This document shows positions 28,371-40,789 of a stretch of DNA of 64,000 bases, piece after piece. Under the pieces are notes generated by a model, which was given only the letters and a program-made list of their open reading frames with translations, searched no databases and was not told where the DNA came from. The stretch's first letter is position 1. Every line of letters starts with the position of its first letter. The stretch covers positions 59,024,001 to 59,088,000 of the forward strand of contig OX597822.1 of the NCBI GenBank assembly GCA_951406725.2. The letters run 5' to 3'. The position numbers were made by a program, and so were the translations under genes. This stretch comes from Octopus vulgaris (lineage: Eukaryota).

Positions 28371-29231
28371 CGCAGATATCTAAAAGGGGTCACATGCTGG
28401 ACGAAAAGCAGAAGAAAATATACAAAATAACTTATGTCTGATTAAAATAGTCTGCTATTTTGGATTTCTTTTTTGAAATATAGGGTGGAGGCGTTTGTAA
28501 AACGCTATTCCGTGAAAGGAGTTGCTGAGCTGCAAAAGTTTTAGAACAACTATTGTAATGCGATATGATGTTGTTATAGAGTACAGTAACAGCACATTAG
28601 CTCAGATCATCGCTTACAAACCTGAGAAATAATATTCAGATATTTGACTCTCGAGTTCTTTATATAATACATCGTTAATTTTTAGTATCATTTGATTTAT
28701 TTCTCTAATTAATTCACGATGACTTCACTAACGAGAAAGTTATAAATATTATTACGAAAAGTTCACAAAGTGGAAATATGTTAGTATGTCGAGAAGAAGA
28801 GGAATTTAACGTTCGAGACTTAATTCTTCATCAAAATATCGAAATGGCGGCTTACTCCTCCAATGAGAAACCGTACTCAAAACATTAAGTTTCTTCTTTT
28901 TTGGTACTTACTATTTACAGACACAGAACATCATTAGTTTCATTGGATTCTACTCTTTCACTAAAAATATTTCGGATGAAAAATGCTTCTGTCTCTATCA
29001 TATCTCAAATTCAGACTTAGATCTCTGTTGGTATTAACCTTCTCTCTCAAACACTTTTTCTCGCTGTTTATCAGCACCCCACCTCTCTCCAAATAACCGA
29101 GTCGTTATAGTTTGGGATTTCCAACTCACATACCTTCAGCTCAATTCCCACTGATGTGTATTGAAACAGCACACTTCATTCTATACTAGTTTGTTCTTTT
29201 AAGCCTGCCCATTTCCTATTTGCTCAATCGA

Positions 29232-29275
29232 AACATTATATACGTAGGCTCAGTAGAGCCTACGTATATAATGTT
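29232..29275. repeat. Perfect 20-bp inverted repeat with 4-nt spacer
   Basis: aacattatatacgtaggctc-agta-gagcctacgtatataatgtt. Confidence 0.95.
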
Positions 29276-29388
29276 AAAAAAAAAGAAAAGTTTGAAAAAG
29301 AAACCACAGGATAGGCATGGCTGGAACGTTCTTAAGTATACGTGCACTAAATCAGAGCTGAATTACCAGTATTAAGCATTCATTCAGG

Positions 29389-30008
29389 GATATAGATACC
29401 GATATCGTCCAAACCGGTGTAATGTTTTTTTTTTTACATATATTAGACACTCCTACACACGACCAGCTGCAGCAGCAGTAGTTCTTCAAGTCCGCCAAGG
29501 TGGAGAAAGTTATATATATAGAGATATATTGATCGAAATTGGTTTCAACAGACATAAATAAAAGTATTTTAAGTTAGATGGCAGTAGATGGAATAACTAT
29601 AGTGAATAAGGCATCAAGATTGCTGTGTTGTTCTTTACCCCCAGGTCAGTCCTGATTGAGCAAATCTTTTTGAGAGGCTTTCCAGGAGTGACTGTCGCGT
29701 TTTTTTTTTTACTTATGTGCAAAGAACCTAGTACTTCGTTATCCAATACAGCATTCTAGCCATGGGCATCCTATATTTTTTATATTTCTTACTACATTTA
29801 CTAACTTCCTTTTTAAAGCAGGTGGGAACTTGGCTGCTATTTCTGGCGTACCGACCTAGCAAGTAGAAGCTTTCCCTTTGGAATAAATTTTACTGTATCT
29901 CTGTTCAACCTGAGATATAGATACCGAGATCGTCCAAGTCGCTGTAATGTTTTTTTTGCATATATTAGATACACTTCTACACACGACCAGCAGCAGCAGC
30001 ACCAGTAG
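29389..30008 (+). repeat. ~90-bp diverged direct repeats at ~29389-29481 and ~29914-30008
   Basis: gatatagataccga.atcgtccaa...catatattaga...acacgaccagc. Confidence 0.8.
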
Positions 30009-30159
30009 CGCCATTACCTCATCACTTGAACACTTCAGGCCATGACCTTGGACCTCATATCAAGCTATAACACTTGTATCAACTTACACCAGTTACTCTT
30101 TTGCCATCTCTAGTCAATGTTTACCACTAACAACGCTATTTCAAGGAACTAATTCAACT

Positions 30160-30350
30160 CTCCTCCTCTTCCTCCTCCTCAACATCATTAATCTCGAATC
30201 TTCCTCCTCCAGCCTTCCTCCTCCTCAAACCTTCCTCCTCCACCTCCAACCTTCCTCTCCTCCTCCTCCTTCGTTTCCTTCAACCTTAATTCCCCTCATC
30301 ATCATCATCATCATCATCATCATCTTCTTCTTCTTCTTCTTCTTCTTCTT

Positions 30351-30380
<30 letters not shown>
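30160..30380. repeat. (CCT)n-like, (ATC)n and (TTC)n simple repeats
   Basis: Direct reading. Confidence 0.9.
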
Positions 30381-30382
<2 letters not shown>

Positions 30383-30652
30383 CCCACTCTCTTAGTATAC
30401 TTTTTCTGTCTCTTTTTTCGTTCTCACCCTCCTGTTTTAGGATTCCAAACGAAGACCGAAATTATGATGGCGATGTGACACCTTTAAACGACGCAGTAAA
30501 GTTTTAAAATTATTTGGAATCCGACAAATTTCAGCAGCGAATAGGGCCTTCTTTGGTCGCAATATCAGTTATATTATATATAGACAATTTATTGTGAAAA
30601 GCGAGTGAAATAAATTGCAAATTGTTTAATACAAATCCACACTATTTGTAAG

Positions 30653-31073
30653 TAGGCGTAGGAGTGGGTGTGTGGTAAATAGCTTGCTTACGAACCACAT
30701 GGTTCCGGGTTCAGTCTCACTGCGTGACACCTTGGGCAAGTGTCTTCTACTATAGCCTCGGGCCGACCAAAGCCTTGTGAGTGGATTTGGTAGAAGGAAA
30801 CTGAAAGTAGCCCGTCGTATATATGTATGTATGTATATATATATATATATATATATGTATATGTTTGTGTGTCTGTGTTTGTCCTCCCCCTAACATCGCT
30901 TGACAACCGATGCTGGTGTGTTTACGTCCCCGTAACTTAGCGGTTCGGCAAAAGAACCCGATAGAATAAGTACTAGGCTTACAAAGAATAAGTCCTGGGG
31001 TCGATTTGCTCGACTAAAAGGCGGTGCTCCTGCATGGCCACAGTCAAATGACTGAAACAAGTAAAAGAGTAAA
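30653..31073 (+). mobile_element. SINE family A, full-length reference copy
   Basis: tRNA-like head (A-box-like GTGGGTGTGTGG, B-box GGTTCAGTC), CCTTGGGCAAGTG CORE-like segment, central (TA/TG)n, tail GTAAAAGAGTAAAA. Confidence 0.9.
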
Positions 31074-31494
31074 AAAAAAAAAGTGTACAAATCCACACTG
31101 TATTTGTAAGTCTTTATGCGCATACATAGAGACATTCTTACACATGTGTATGCGTGAAAATGTGTAATTGTTGGTTCATAGTGGTGCGAATTGCAAAACA
31201 CAACAAAAACAAACAAAGGTATTCAATATTGTAAGGTGGAATGGAATAGCATTTATTTGCAGCTGAGTCAATGCGAGAAGTTTCGCTGAGGTTTTTTGGC
31301 TCCCATTTCTGAGCCAACCGAAAATAGCGAGAATGAAAAGCTCCGATTGGCGACATACGCAGACTATGATTTGAATAAATTCTATATGCGCTCTACCCCA
31401 CATGCATACACACACATATATACATACATGCACATATACCTACATGCACCTATTACACATACATACTTACATTCACACTCACGGGTGTGTATAT

Positions 31495-31690
31495 ATAATA
31501 ATATAAATAATACATAAATACATGCATATATACATACATATATGTACATATGTATATATACATGCATATATGGGTACAGGACATCAAAAAAACGTTGAAC
31601 ACAATGAGAAACGAACACATAAAAACAAAAACATAGAGACGAACTTCTTTTTCGAACAACGAAAAAAAAGTTCTAACAACGAAAAAAAGT
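31495..31690 (+). mobile_element. Repeat homologous to the arms of the 52112-52469 palindrome
   Basis: catgcatatatgggtacaggacat.aaaaaa.cgt...gagaaac is shared. Confidence 0.7.
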
Positions 31691-31697
31691 GTGCATG

Positions 31698-31740
<43 letters not shown>

Positions 31741-31935
31741 GCACATATACATGTGTGTGTATGTTTGTGTGTGTCTGTATGTATGTGTATACGTATATAT
31801 ATATTTATATAGACACCCACATAAACACACATATGCAAGTGTGGATGAACGTGAGAAACATTACACAACGAGTATATGATACACACATACACACAAACCA
31901 CAGAGAGAGGGAGAGAGAGAGAGAGGTAGAAAGGG

Positions 31936-32156
<221 letters not shown>

Positions 32157-32904
32157 GAGCATGTATATAGATATGCAGACTCGTAATTGCCTCATTGAAA
32201 CTGAAGTAAATATCATGGAATGAAAATGCCGACGTCAGCCACACATTCCAAACAAGTTTCAAACCTGTTATTGCTACTATTAACATATTTAAAGTATGTT
32301 TTCTTTTTTTCACATTAGAGATTAATTTATCAAGAAAGCTGAGAAAATATAAATGAATTAAATAAGTTACAAAAAAAAAAAAAAAAAAGGAAAGAAAAAT
32401 GCCTTTCCCCCAATCTTTTCTATTTACGTATATATTTTCTCTCCCTTTTCCTGTCTCGCCACTATCGGTTAATTTAATGTTCAGAATACCATCAAAATTT
32501 ATTCAAGGTCCTTATCGGTTGCAACATTGCTGAAGACTTCTCCTTTTTCTTCATATTATTATTCAAAGGTGGATACGAGACGATAGAATGATTTACCGTT
32601 GCATTTTATTAGCTAACGGGAAGATTTAAGATGATAAAGTTCGAGATGTGAGAGTAAAGAAATATTGTCATGCACGACAGTCTTGTTTCTTCCAACTGCT
32701 CAAAAATACAACGGCTGTACACAATCAATCTTCCACCCATCCTTCTTTAACTTTTGACAGTACAGTTTAGAACCTCAGTGTCACTACTGATCATTGAGGA
32801 TCTTTCTTGGGAAATTTTCAATCATAACAATAGACAAAAGCCTGCTTCTTTAAAGCCTAAAAACACTACAACTACGTAGTAACTCTTTCCAAAGATCAAG
32901 TCGA

Positions 32905-33255
32905 CATAGTCATCATGTATCGTACGTCTGCAGCGCATTGATGACACTGCAACGAGAGTCTTCTCGATTAAACGTGAGTTCTCCAGCTGCCTTGCCATCC
33001 TTGTCCAACCAGGTTTTGATATTTTCCATCCATTGCGTTCTTTACCTGCCTCTTGATTTATTGTCCTCAACCATTTCTTCAATGATAATGTTTTCCAAAT
33101 CTCTGCATCTTCGAATATGGCCATAATAGACGAGCTTTTGTTTTTTTTTACAAAGTTCGAGTTGTCTTTCAGTGTGTAACACCCATTCATTTGTCCGATG
33201 TTTCTTCTATGAGACTCGTAACATTTTCTTATACACCCACATTTCAAATGCGTTG
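32905..33255 (-). pseudogene. RTE-clade LINE 3' remnant
   Basis: AFEMWVYKKMLRVS...RTNEWV...YYGHIRR...LENIIIEEMVE...SRGR..TQWMENIKTW across frames. Confidence 0.8.
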
Positions 33256-33259
33256 AGTA

Positions 33260-33459
33260 TACAGTTCTATATTTAAGAGATGAGGAATTATGTACATTAT
33301 TTACATTATTTACGTTATTTACATTTGACGGATATTTGTCCTCATCTTGTTTGTTGTTAACACAGCGTTTCTGCTGATATACCCTCTAGCCTTCATCAGG
33401 TGTCTTGGGAAAATTTCGAACCTGGGTTCTCATTCCTGAGGTATTTTTCGATGTTATTA

Positions 33460-33505
<46 letters not shown>

Positions 33506-33588
33506 TATTATTCAGGTCACTGCTTGGAATCGAACTCAGAATCTTGGAGTTAGTAGCACGCGCTCTTAACCACTGCGCCATATGCCCG
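33260..33588 (-). mobile_element. Family H2: tRNA-Ile-like head + (AAT)n + hammerhead-bearing body
   Basis: Head GGGCATATGGCGCAGTGGTTAAGAGCGCGTGCTACTAACTCCAAGATTCTGAGTTCGATTCC (A and B boxes); tail of (AATGTAAAT)-like repeats. Confidence 0.8.
33359..33404 (-). ncRNA. Minimal type I hammerhead motif (mutated copy)
   Basis: gacac-CTGATGA-A-GGCTA...CAGCA-GAAA-CG-CT-gtgtt; consensus with the 4679-4724 copy restores GGCTG/CAGCC and GAAACGTT. Confidence 0.65.
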
Positions 33589-33597
33589 CTCTTAACC

Positions 33598-33645
33598 CCA
33601 AGATTTCGAGTTCGATTCCAAGTAGTGACCTGAATAATAATAATA
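33598..33645 (+). repeat. Inverted partial duplicate of the H2 head
   Basis: Reverse complement of ~33500-33547 with few substitutions. Confidence 0.85.
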
Positions 33646-34925
33646 TTACATGTAGCTTCATAAGAAACTTGTGAGTAGAATTTTGTTGACGGAGTGGATG
33701 ATCGTAGCACTGAAATAGATACTGAGATCGATATGATCGATCAAACTCTCGAAAGTAGTACCCCAGAATGACTGCAGCCCAATGATTAAAGCAGCACACA
33801 CACAGACACACACACACACACACACACGCACACACACACACACAACAGAATAGAACCTAATGACACTATAAGGTGAGCACTTTCAATAAAAAGGAAGGCA
33901 TGAAAAATATTAAACGTTTTAGATGAACATTTAATAGGAAAAGAAATTATTTTGAACACTTTAACAAATATTTGAACGACAGCAATGGCAACAATAACAC
34001 TCGCACACACAGAAAAATACGTTTATTCTGGAAAATAAATGCTAAAACAGCAGTCATAGAGAAGTTTGTTTTACATCTGTCGCTCTACAGAGTTTTTAGA
34101 TTTAATAAACTTTCCAGAAAAAAGAATTCCCTAAGAGAATTGTGTAAACCAGATAATTCTTAACCCCATAACCTAATGCAAGACAGAACGGGAATAGACA
34201 AGGATAGCCCCACCGTACATGATGGAGCAAATATCGGAAGGCACCTCGTCTAACGTTCTTACCGTTCTGCCAATTCATTGTCCTGAATTGTTGATTTTCT
34301 ATTACCCACGAAAGAACGGAACACAAAGTTGATATTGGTGGAATTTGAATTCCGGACGCAGAAACAAATTCTGCAAGGCAATTTCATCTAGTGTTTTGAC
34401 GACCCTACAGTTTCACCACCTGAAAAAATTCTCCCTAACAATTACAAAGTGATGAATAATGCCAAAAATTGGGGGCGGAGTGAGCATAGACGAAGATAGT
34501 ACAACCATTCATGGCGGCCATCCAATTCCCTAACCTTAAAAACTGTTTTACAACAGAACCATTTCTAAAGTAAATGTACCATGGAACTTAAAGAACATCA
34601 CTACTTAAAGATAGCTCCCAATGCAACTTATATTTATCTTGTCGTCCCCAGAGAATTGGAATGTTTGTTCTTCTTTATGAAGAAATGTGAGAGGAAGTTT
34701 TCACTTCTAAGTTATATTATAATCGGACTGACAGACCTTTCATAGTTTGTTTTAAAACCTGATAGATAAAACTCTTGAATACATGAGCCAGTAGAGGGAA
34801 TCTTGGTTACTGGAACTGTTAAACATATTAACCAAATGTCTTTCATATCACACGCCACTGTTTTTAAAAAGGGAAGAAAACATTGGGTAATAAAGTCCCA
34901 GATATTATCATTTATCTTTTATATT

Positions 34926-35135
34926 TTAGTCTTTTAGTTGTTTCAGTTATTAGACTGCGGCTATGCTGGGGCAACGCCTTAAAGACAATCGACCCTAGTA
35001 CTTACTATTTTTTGGTAAAGCCTTGTACTTATTCTTTCGATCTCTTTTGCTGACCAGTAAGTTACGGGGACGCAAACACACAACACCGGTTGTCAAGCAG
35101 TGGTGGAGGACACATACATATACAAAGACCACCCC

Positions 35136-35232
<97 letters not shown>

Positions 35233-35620
35233 GTTGATATTTACAAAAAAACAAAAGACGAAGACAGGTGTATGAACAACGAGAAGGTGTATTAGTTTGA
35301 CGTACAGGAAAGTGAGAAAGTCTTTTACGTTTCGAGCCTATGCTCTTCAACAGAAAGGAATATGAGTAAATAAACAGAGAGAGAATAAAAAAAAACTTGT
35401 GGATTCAGCGATCAATCATGGAGACTGGTTGGGATATATATATATATATATATATATATGGGCTTCTTTCAGCCCAAACCCAAATTCACTCACCTCACAA
35501 GGCTTTGGACAGCCCGAGGTTAGAGTAGCAGACCTTTGCCCAGGGTGCCACGCAGTGGAACTGAACCCGGAACCATGTGGTTGGAAAGTAAACTTGTTAC
35601 TGCACAGCCATGCCAGCGCC
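34926..35620 (-). mobile_element. SINE family A split in its central microsatellite by an H1 element
   Basis: Tail half 34926-35125, head half 35460-35620. Confidence 0.8.
35232..35432 (-). mobile_element. Family H1 element with hammerhead-like motif at 35322-35357
   Basis: Minus strand cttt-CTGTTGA-A-GAGC-atag-GCTC-GAAA-CG-TA-aaag. Confidence 0.8.
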
Positions 35621-35932
35621 AGATGGCGGTATCATAATGGTTGGAATTAGAACAGCATTGAGTTGAACCTGTCTGGGATAAAAAGAATATCTTTCTAATA
35701 GTATGTTTTCATTCAGTTATTTTATTCTGAACCAATATTTTGAAACTAATAAATATTGTTGAATACTGGACTAGATTCCAATGGGCCGAGGTCTGGTTCA
35801 ATGTCGAGAATGGCAAGGAACTGTCTAGCATTTTAAGTATATAACATGCGAGAGATGAAAAGCTAGTCCAATCTAGGTGGGATTTAATATCAGAGAGCAG
35901 TGAACTGGAAAGCATCCTTAAGAGACTCTGTG

Positions 35933-35966
<34 letters not shown>

Positions 35967-36004
35967 CAGTCACATACACACACACACATGTATGTATGTG
36001 CGTG

Positions 36005-36245
36005 CGTGTGTGTTTGTGTTTGTCCCACACTCACTACTTGATAATTGATATTGGCTTTTCCTTATGTCCCTGTAACTTAGCGGTTCAACAAAATAGGACG
36101 AAAGAAGTACCAGACTTTAAACAAACAACCCCCCCCCAAAAAAAACCGCACCGTACCGAGGTCGATTTGTTTCACTAAACCCTTCAGGGCGGTATTCCAG
36201 CATGGGCGCAGTCTAATGACTGAAATTATTAAAAGAGAAAAATAT
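36005..36245 (+). mobile_element. SINE family A, tail half
   Basis: gtccctgtaacttagcggttc...ccagcatgg...cagtctaatgactgaaa. Confidence 0.75.
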
Positions 36246-36407
36246 AAGATAATTTTGATATCAGTCAGCTGGGATTTATATCTAATCAGGATGTCGAAAT
36301 GCGCAAGCTACAGAATATTTACAAAAAAAAACGAAATCAGTTGTATGAAAAGTCGTAACGCAAGACAAATGTGCACTTATCCCCTAAATCTGTTTGTTTG
36401 ATAAATG

Positions 36408-36468
<61 letters not shown>

Positions 36469-37321
36469 TGAGTGTGTGTGTGCGAGAGAGAGAGATAGTG
36501 TGTGTGTGTGTTTGTTTGTGTGTGTGTGAGTCTGTGTACGTGCGTGCGTACGTGTGTATGTGAGCATGCATGTTTGTAGTCGGTGAATCGGATTTTCTGG
36601 AGGCTATTTCACGGTGATTTGAGCCTTCTTGAAAATGGTTAATATGGGACACAGGTGCATAATACAGGTGATGCTTTAAATCTTCAAGATGTGATAACAC
36701 TACAAAAAAAAACAACCCCACCACCAAAATCAAACAACTGAGTTCCTCTGAAGATGAAATTGTTATAACATCTTTGTTCACTTATCTTCTAATGTGATCT
36801 TCAACAGTTGACACTCACATCGTATTCTCTGTTGTTTTACTTCTTAGAATTTATTCCATGGGGTTTATGAAAGTTTGGCTTCTTTAACTTCCAGAATTTG
36901 TAGATGATAGTAAATCACTCCAATGTTTTTCTTGTGTGTTTTCTCGACGAGTAACGGATGCAAGGCCTGGAATTGTAGGCGCTTTACTGATGCTGTTTGG
37001 ACTCGTGGTGCGTGGGCTTGTGTTTGTGACAATATATACTGAAATTTAGTACTATACCACGCTGAATCTTCCAGCTGTAGATGATAATGCCTCCCCCAAC
37101 TCTATCAGTCCTCTGCTTTTAGGGAGCAAATCTTAAAGGTTTTGAGATGTTCTTCCTACTACCTCAGACGTTTTACTGATGTTACCTTCTTCTGAGGGCT
37201 TAGTGGAGTGGTCAGGTTGTTGTTTATTGTTTCCAGCGAATATATTGAGAAAAAATATGACTAATTTTCGTTTACTTTCGTTAACTTTTTAGGTTAATGT
37301 TGGATTAAGTACACCTCTTGG

Positions 37322-37560
37322 TTGTTTTAACAGAAAGTCGCCTCATGTTTATGTCTCTTTATTTTCACAACATATAGCTCTATTTTACTGGATTGTCGTC
37401 ATGTTTTAACAGAATGCCACCTCGTTTTAACAGGGTGATATGTTATTTTAATAAATAACGCCTTGCTTTAATAGAATGTCACCATATTTTATCAGAATAT
37501 CTCCCTTTGAGAAAGTCACTTTGTTTTAACAATGTCGACCTGTTTTGCTGAAAGTTACTT
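37322..37560. repeat. Degenerate ~21-bp minisatellite
   Basis: About 11 units resembling tgttttaacagaatgtcacct. Confidence 0.7.
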
Positions 37561-38294
37561 TTCTTGTTACTTAAAAAATATTCCCCAGCATTTAGGGAAT
37601 CTGCAGACTGCTGAATTATAATCTAAGATAGGATTTACCTCTAAATTATGATTTTATATCCTATTGGGACGAAGCTATCTTTTTCATCCCTACTGGATCG
37701 ATAAAATGATGAACTCGTGTTGATTCAATCGACGAGACCACCTCAAATTCATAACACGAAGCTAATAGCAGAAAGTTTAATCACAACTGAAGAGCAATCT
37801 GCTTTTATGAGTGGCATTTCCCTATGTGTATTGTAATCTGTTTAGTGTATGAGTATGTGAGTGTGTTAGTATATGTTAATATGAGAAAGACGTGAGTTTG
37901 AGTGTGTATTTGTGTGTGTGTGTGTGAGTGTGTGTATGTTGTGTGCGTGATACAGACTGAGCAAGAAAAAGGGTCCGTTAATAAATGGGATATTTTTGTG
38001 AATATATGTTGCCAGAAGGAGTTTTTGTTTGCTAATTGCATGGATAATCCAGTTGTGCTCAAGCATCAATCACCACAAACTCACCACACACACACACACA
38101 TACACACACACATACACACACACACACATATATATATATAATTTTTTATTTTTTTAAATTTATTATTTTGTACTTTACTTAATTATTGGTATATGTTTTA
38201 TCGTATATTTAATTTTTTTTCTATATGGTATAATTTAATTATATCATTGTTATTTCATTGTTGAATTGATAAAAGGTGGTTCTTCTATAATTTA

Positions 38295-38735
<441 letters not shown>

Positions 38736-39360
38736 ATTACATATGTGAGTCCTTGAATCCTTGCAGCATAGGAGGACAACAACAAACAACAGAAACATCA
38801 AAACAATAGTAAAGCAACAAGCATGCAAAAGAGGCTACAAAGCTAAAACAATGAAACATTCAGATATGTTTTATGCTTAGTACATGTATATGCGTATTGT
38901 TATGTACGTACGTACACACACACACACACACACAGAATTTATAGGGATAGATAGATAGAAGGAGAGAGAGAGAGTGTGAGAGAGTGAAAGAGATAGAGAG
39001 ATGTGTGCGCGCGCGTATGTGAAAGAAGACTAGACAGCTCTATTTAAACTCTGCCAAAGTTCAGCCATAGGACCACCCTCCAAGCCATGTTATATCAGTT
39101 AACACATCTGAGAGGCATTCTTCCACTCTGTCTATTCTCAACTACAATCATAATTCTACTGGTTTTTTTTATTCTTTCCTTTCCTTTATTCTTTATCCCT
39201 GTTTTTGTTCGTTTTCATATTAAAAAAGTATCTATCTTTTTTTTTTATCCATATTCCATTTTGGAACTTTTACAACAGTGACACAATGTCAACATGATGG
39301 CGGATGAGATGGTATTTGAAATACGAAACTCAAATGCCAAACTGCAACAAATCTTTTGAA

Positions 39361-40246
39361 AGCGGCGAGCTGGCAGAATCGTTAGCACGCTGGACGAAAT
39401 GCTTAGCGGTATTTCGCCTGTCATTACGTTCTGCGTTCGAATTCCGCCGACGTCGACTTTGCCTTTCATCCTTTCAGGGTCAATAAATAAAGTACTAGTT
39501 GAGTACTCAGGTCGATATGATCGACTGTTCCCCTCCCCACAAAATCCAGGCCTTATGCCTACAGTAGAAAGGATTATTATTATTATTATGGCGGCGCGCT
39601 GTCAGAATCTTTACCACGCCGGGCAAAAATGCTTAGTGGCATTTCGTCAGTTTTTACGTTCTGAGTTAAAGTTCCACCGAGGTCGACTTTGCCTTTCATC
39701 ATTTCGGGGTCGATAAAATAAGTACAAGTTGAACACGGAATCGAATTAGTCAATTCATCCCCACCTTCCCGAAGCTGCCCTTGTGACAAAAATTTGAAAT
39801 AATAATAATTATTATTACTATTATTTAGGCGGCGAGCTGGCAGAATCGTTAGTACGCCGGGCGAAATGCTTAGCCGTGTTTCGTCTGCCGTTACGTTCTG
39901 AGTTCAAATTCCGCCGAGGTCGACTTTACCTTTCATCCTTTCGGGGTCGATAAATTAAGTACCAGTTACGCACTGGGGTCGATATAATCAACTTAATCTG
40001 TCTGTCTGTCCTTGTTTGTCCCCTCTGTGTTTAGCCCCTTGTGGGTAATAAAGAAATAGGTATTTACGTCTGCCGTTTTACGTTCTGAGTTCAAATTCCG
40101 CCGAGGTCGACTTTGCCTTTCATCCTTTCGGGGTCGATAAATTAAGTACCAGTTGCATACTGGGGCGATTTAATCGACTGGCCCCCCACCCAAATTTCGG
40201 GCCTTGTGCCTATAGTAGAAAGGATTATTATTATTATTATCATTAT
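39361..40246 (+). mobile_element. Head-to-tail array of SINE family B (39361-39588, 39590-39826, dimeric 39828-40246)
   Basis: Each copy starts gcggcg.gct...cagaatc, has the gtcgacttt.cctttcatc core and ends in (ATT/AAT)n. Confidence 0.9.
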
Positions 40247-40789
40247 TTCGAACCGGGGGCTAAAAGAAAGAAGGAAATGGAGAAGGGGAGAGCTTGTGGT
40301 CAGGCGAAGGGTGAGGGGGAATTATAAGCTGGAAAATCTTTCGTTGATGTAGGAAAAAGAAATATCAAAGGTGAATATGTCATACGTTTCGCTGTGTTCC
40401 CATTTTGCCAGAATCCGTAGTGTAAGGTGAAAGATCACTGTCCGAGATGTGGCCAATGGAGACGTTGGGTTACAGTTTATTTATCTACTTGATCTTTACA
40501 TGACTAAGTCCAAGGAAAAGGGACAGTCAGTGTCCATGTCTTTCTTTTCAGGTCCACACCTCAGATTCGCCTAGGTAAGAGCGAAGTCAGACTACAGGCC
40601 TGGTTCGAATGGTTGTAATAGAGGGGACTCCATTAAAGGTATCTAAATGACTGGTGGTGTAGAGCAACGGATGTTTTCTACGACTCCACTACCCTCTGCT
40701 CACGATTGGGGTTCAGTAATTTCACTGTACTTGTTAGGATTGAATGCGTGTACTCTATTTTTAAAGGTTTACTGTTTTTTTATATATCA

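Noticed and set aside
33515-33588. tRNA gene
   Set aside because: Acceptor and anticodon stems pair poorly, there is no poly-T terminator, and it continues into a repeat body; the same applies to the other SINE heads such as 57550-57623
40250-40740. Possible Penelope GIY-YIG remnant
   Set aside because: Too degraded to read ordered motifs with confidence
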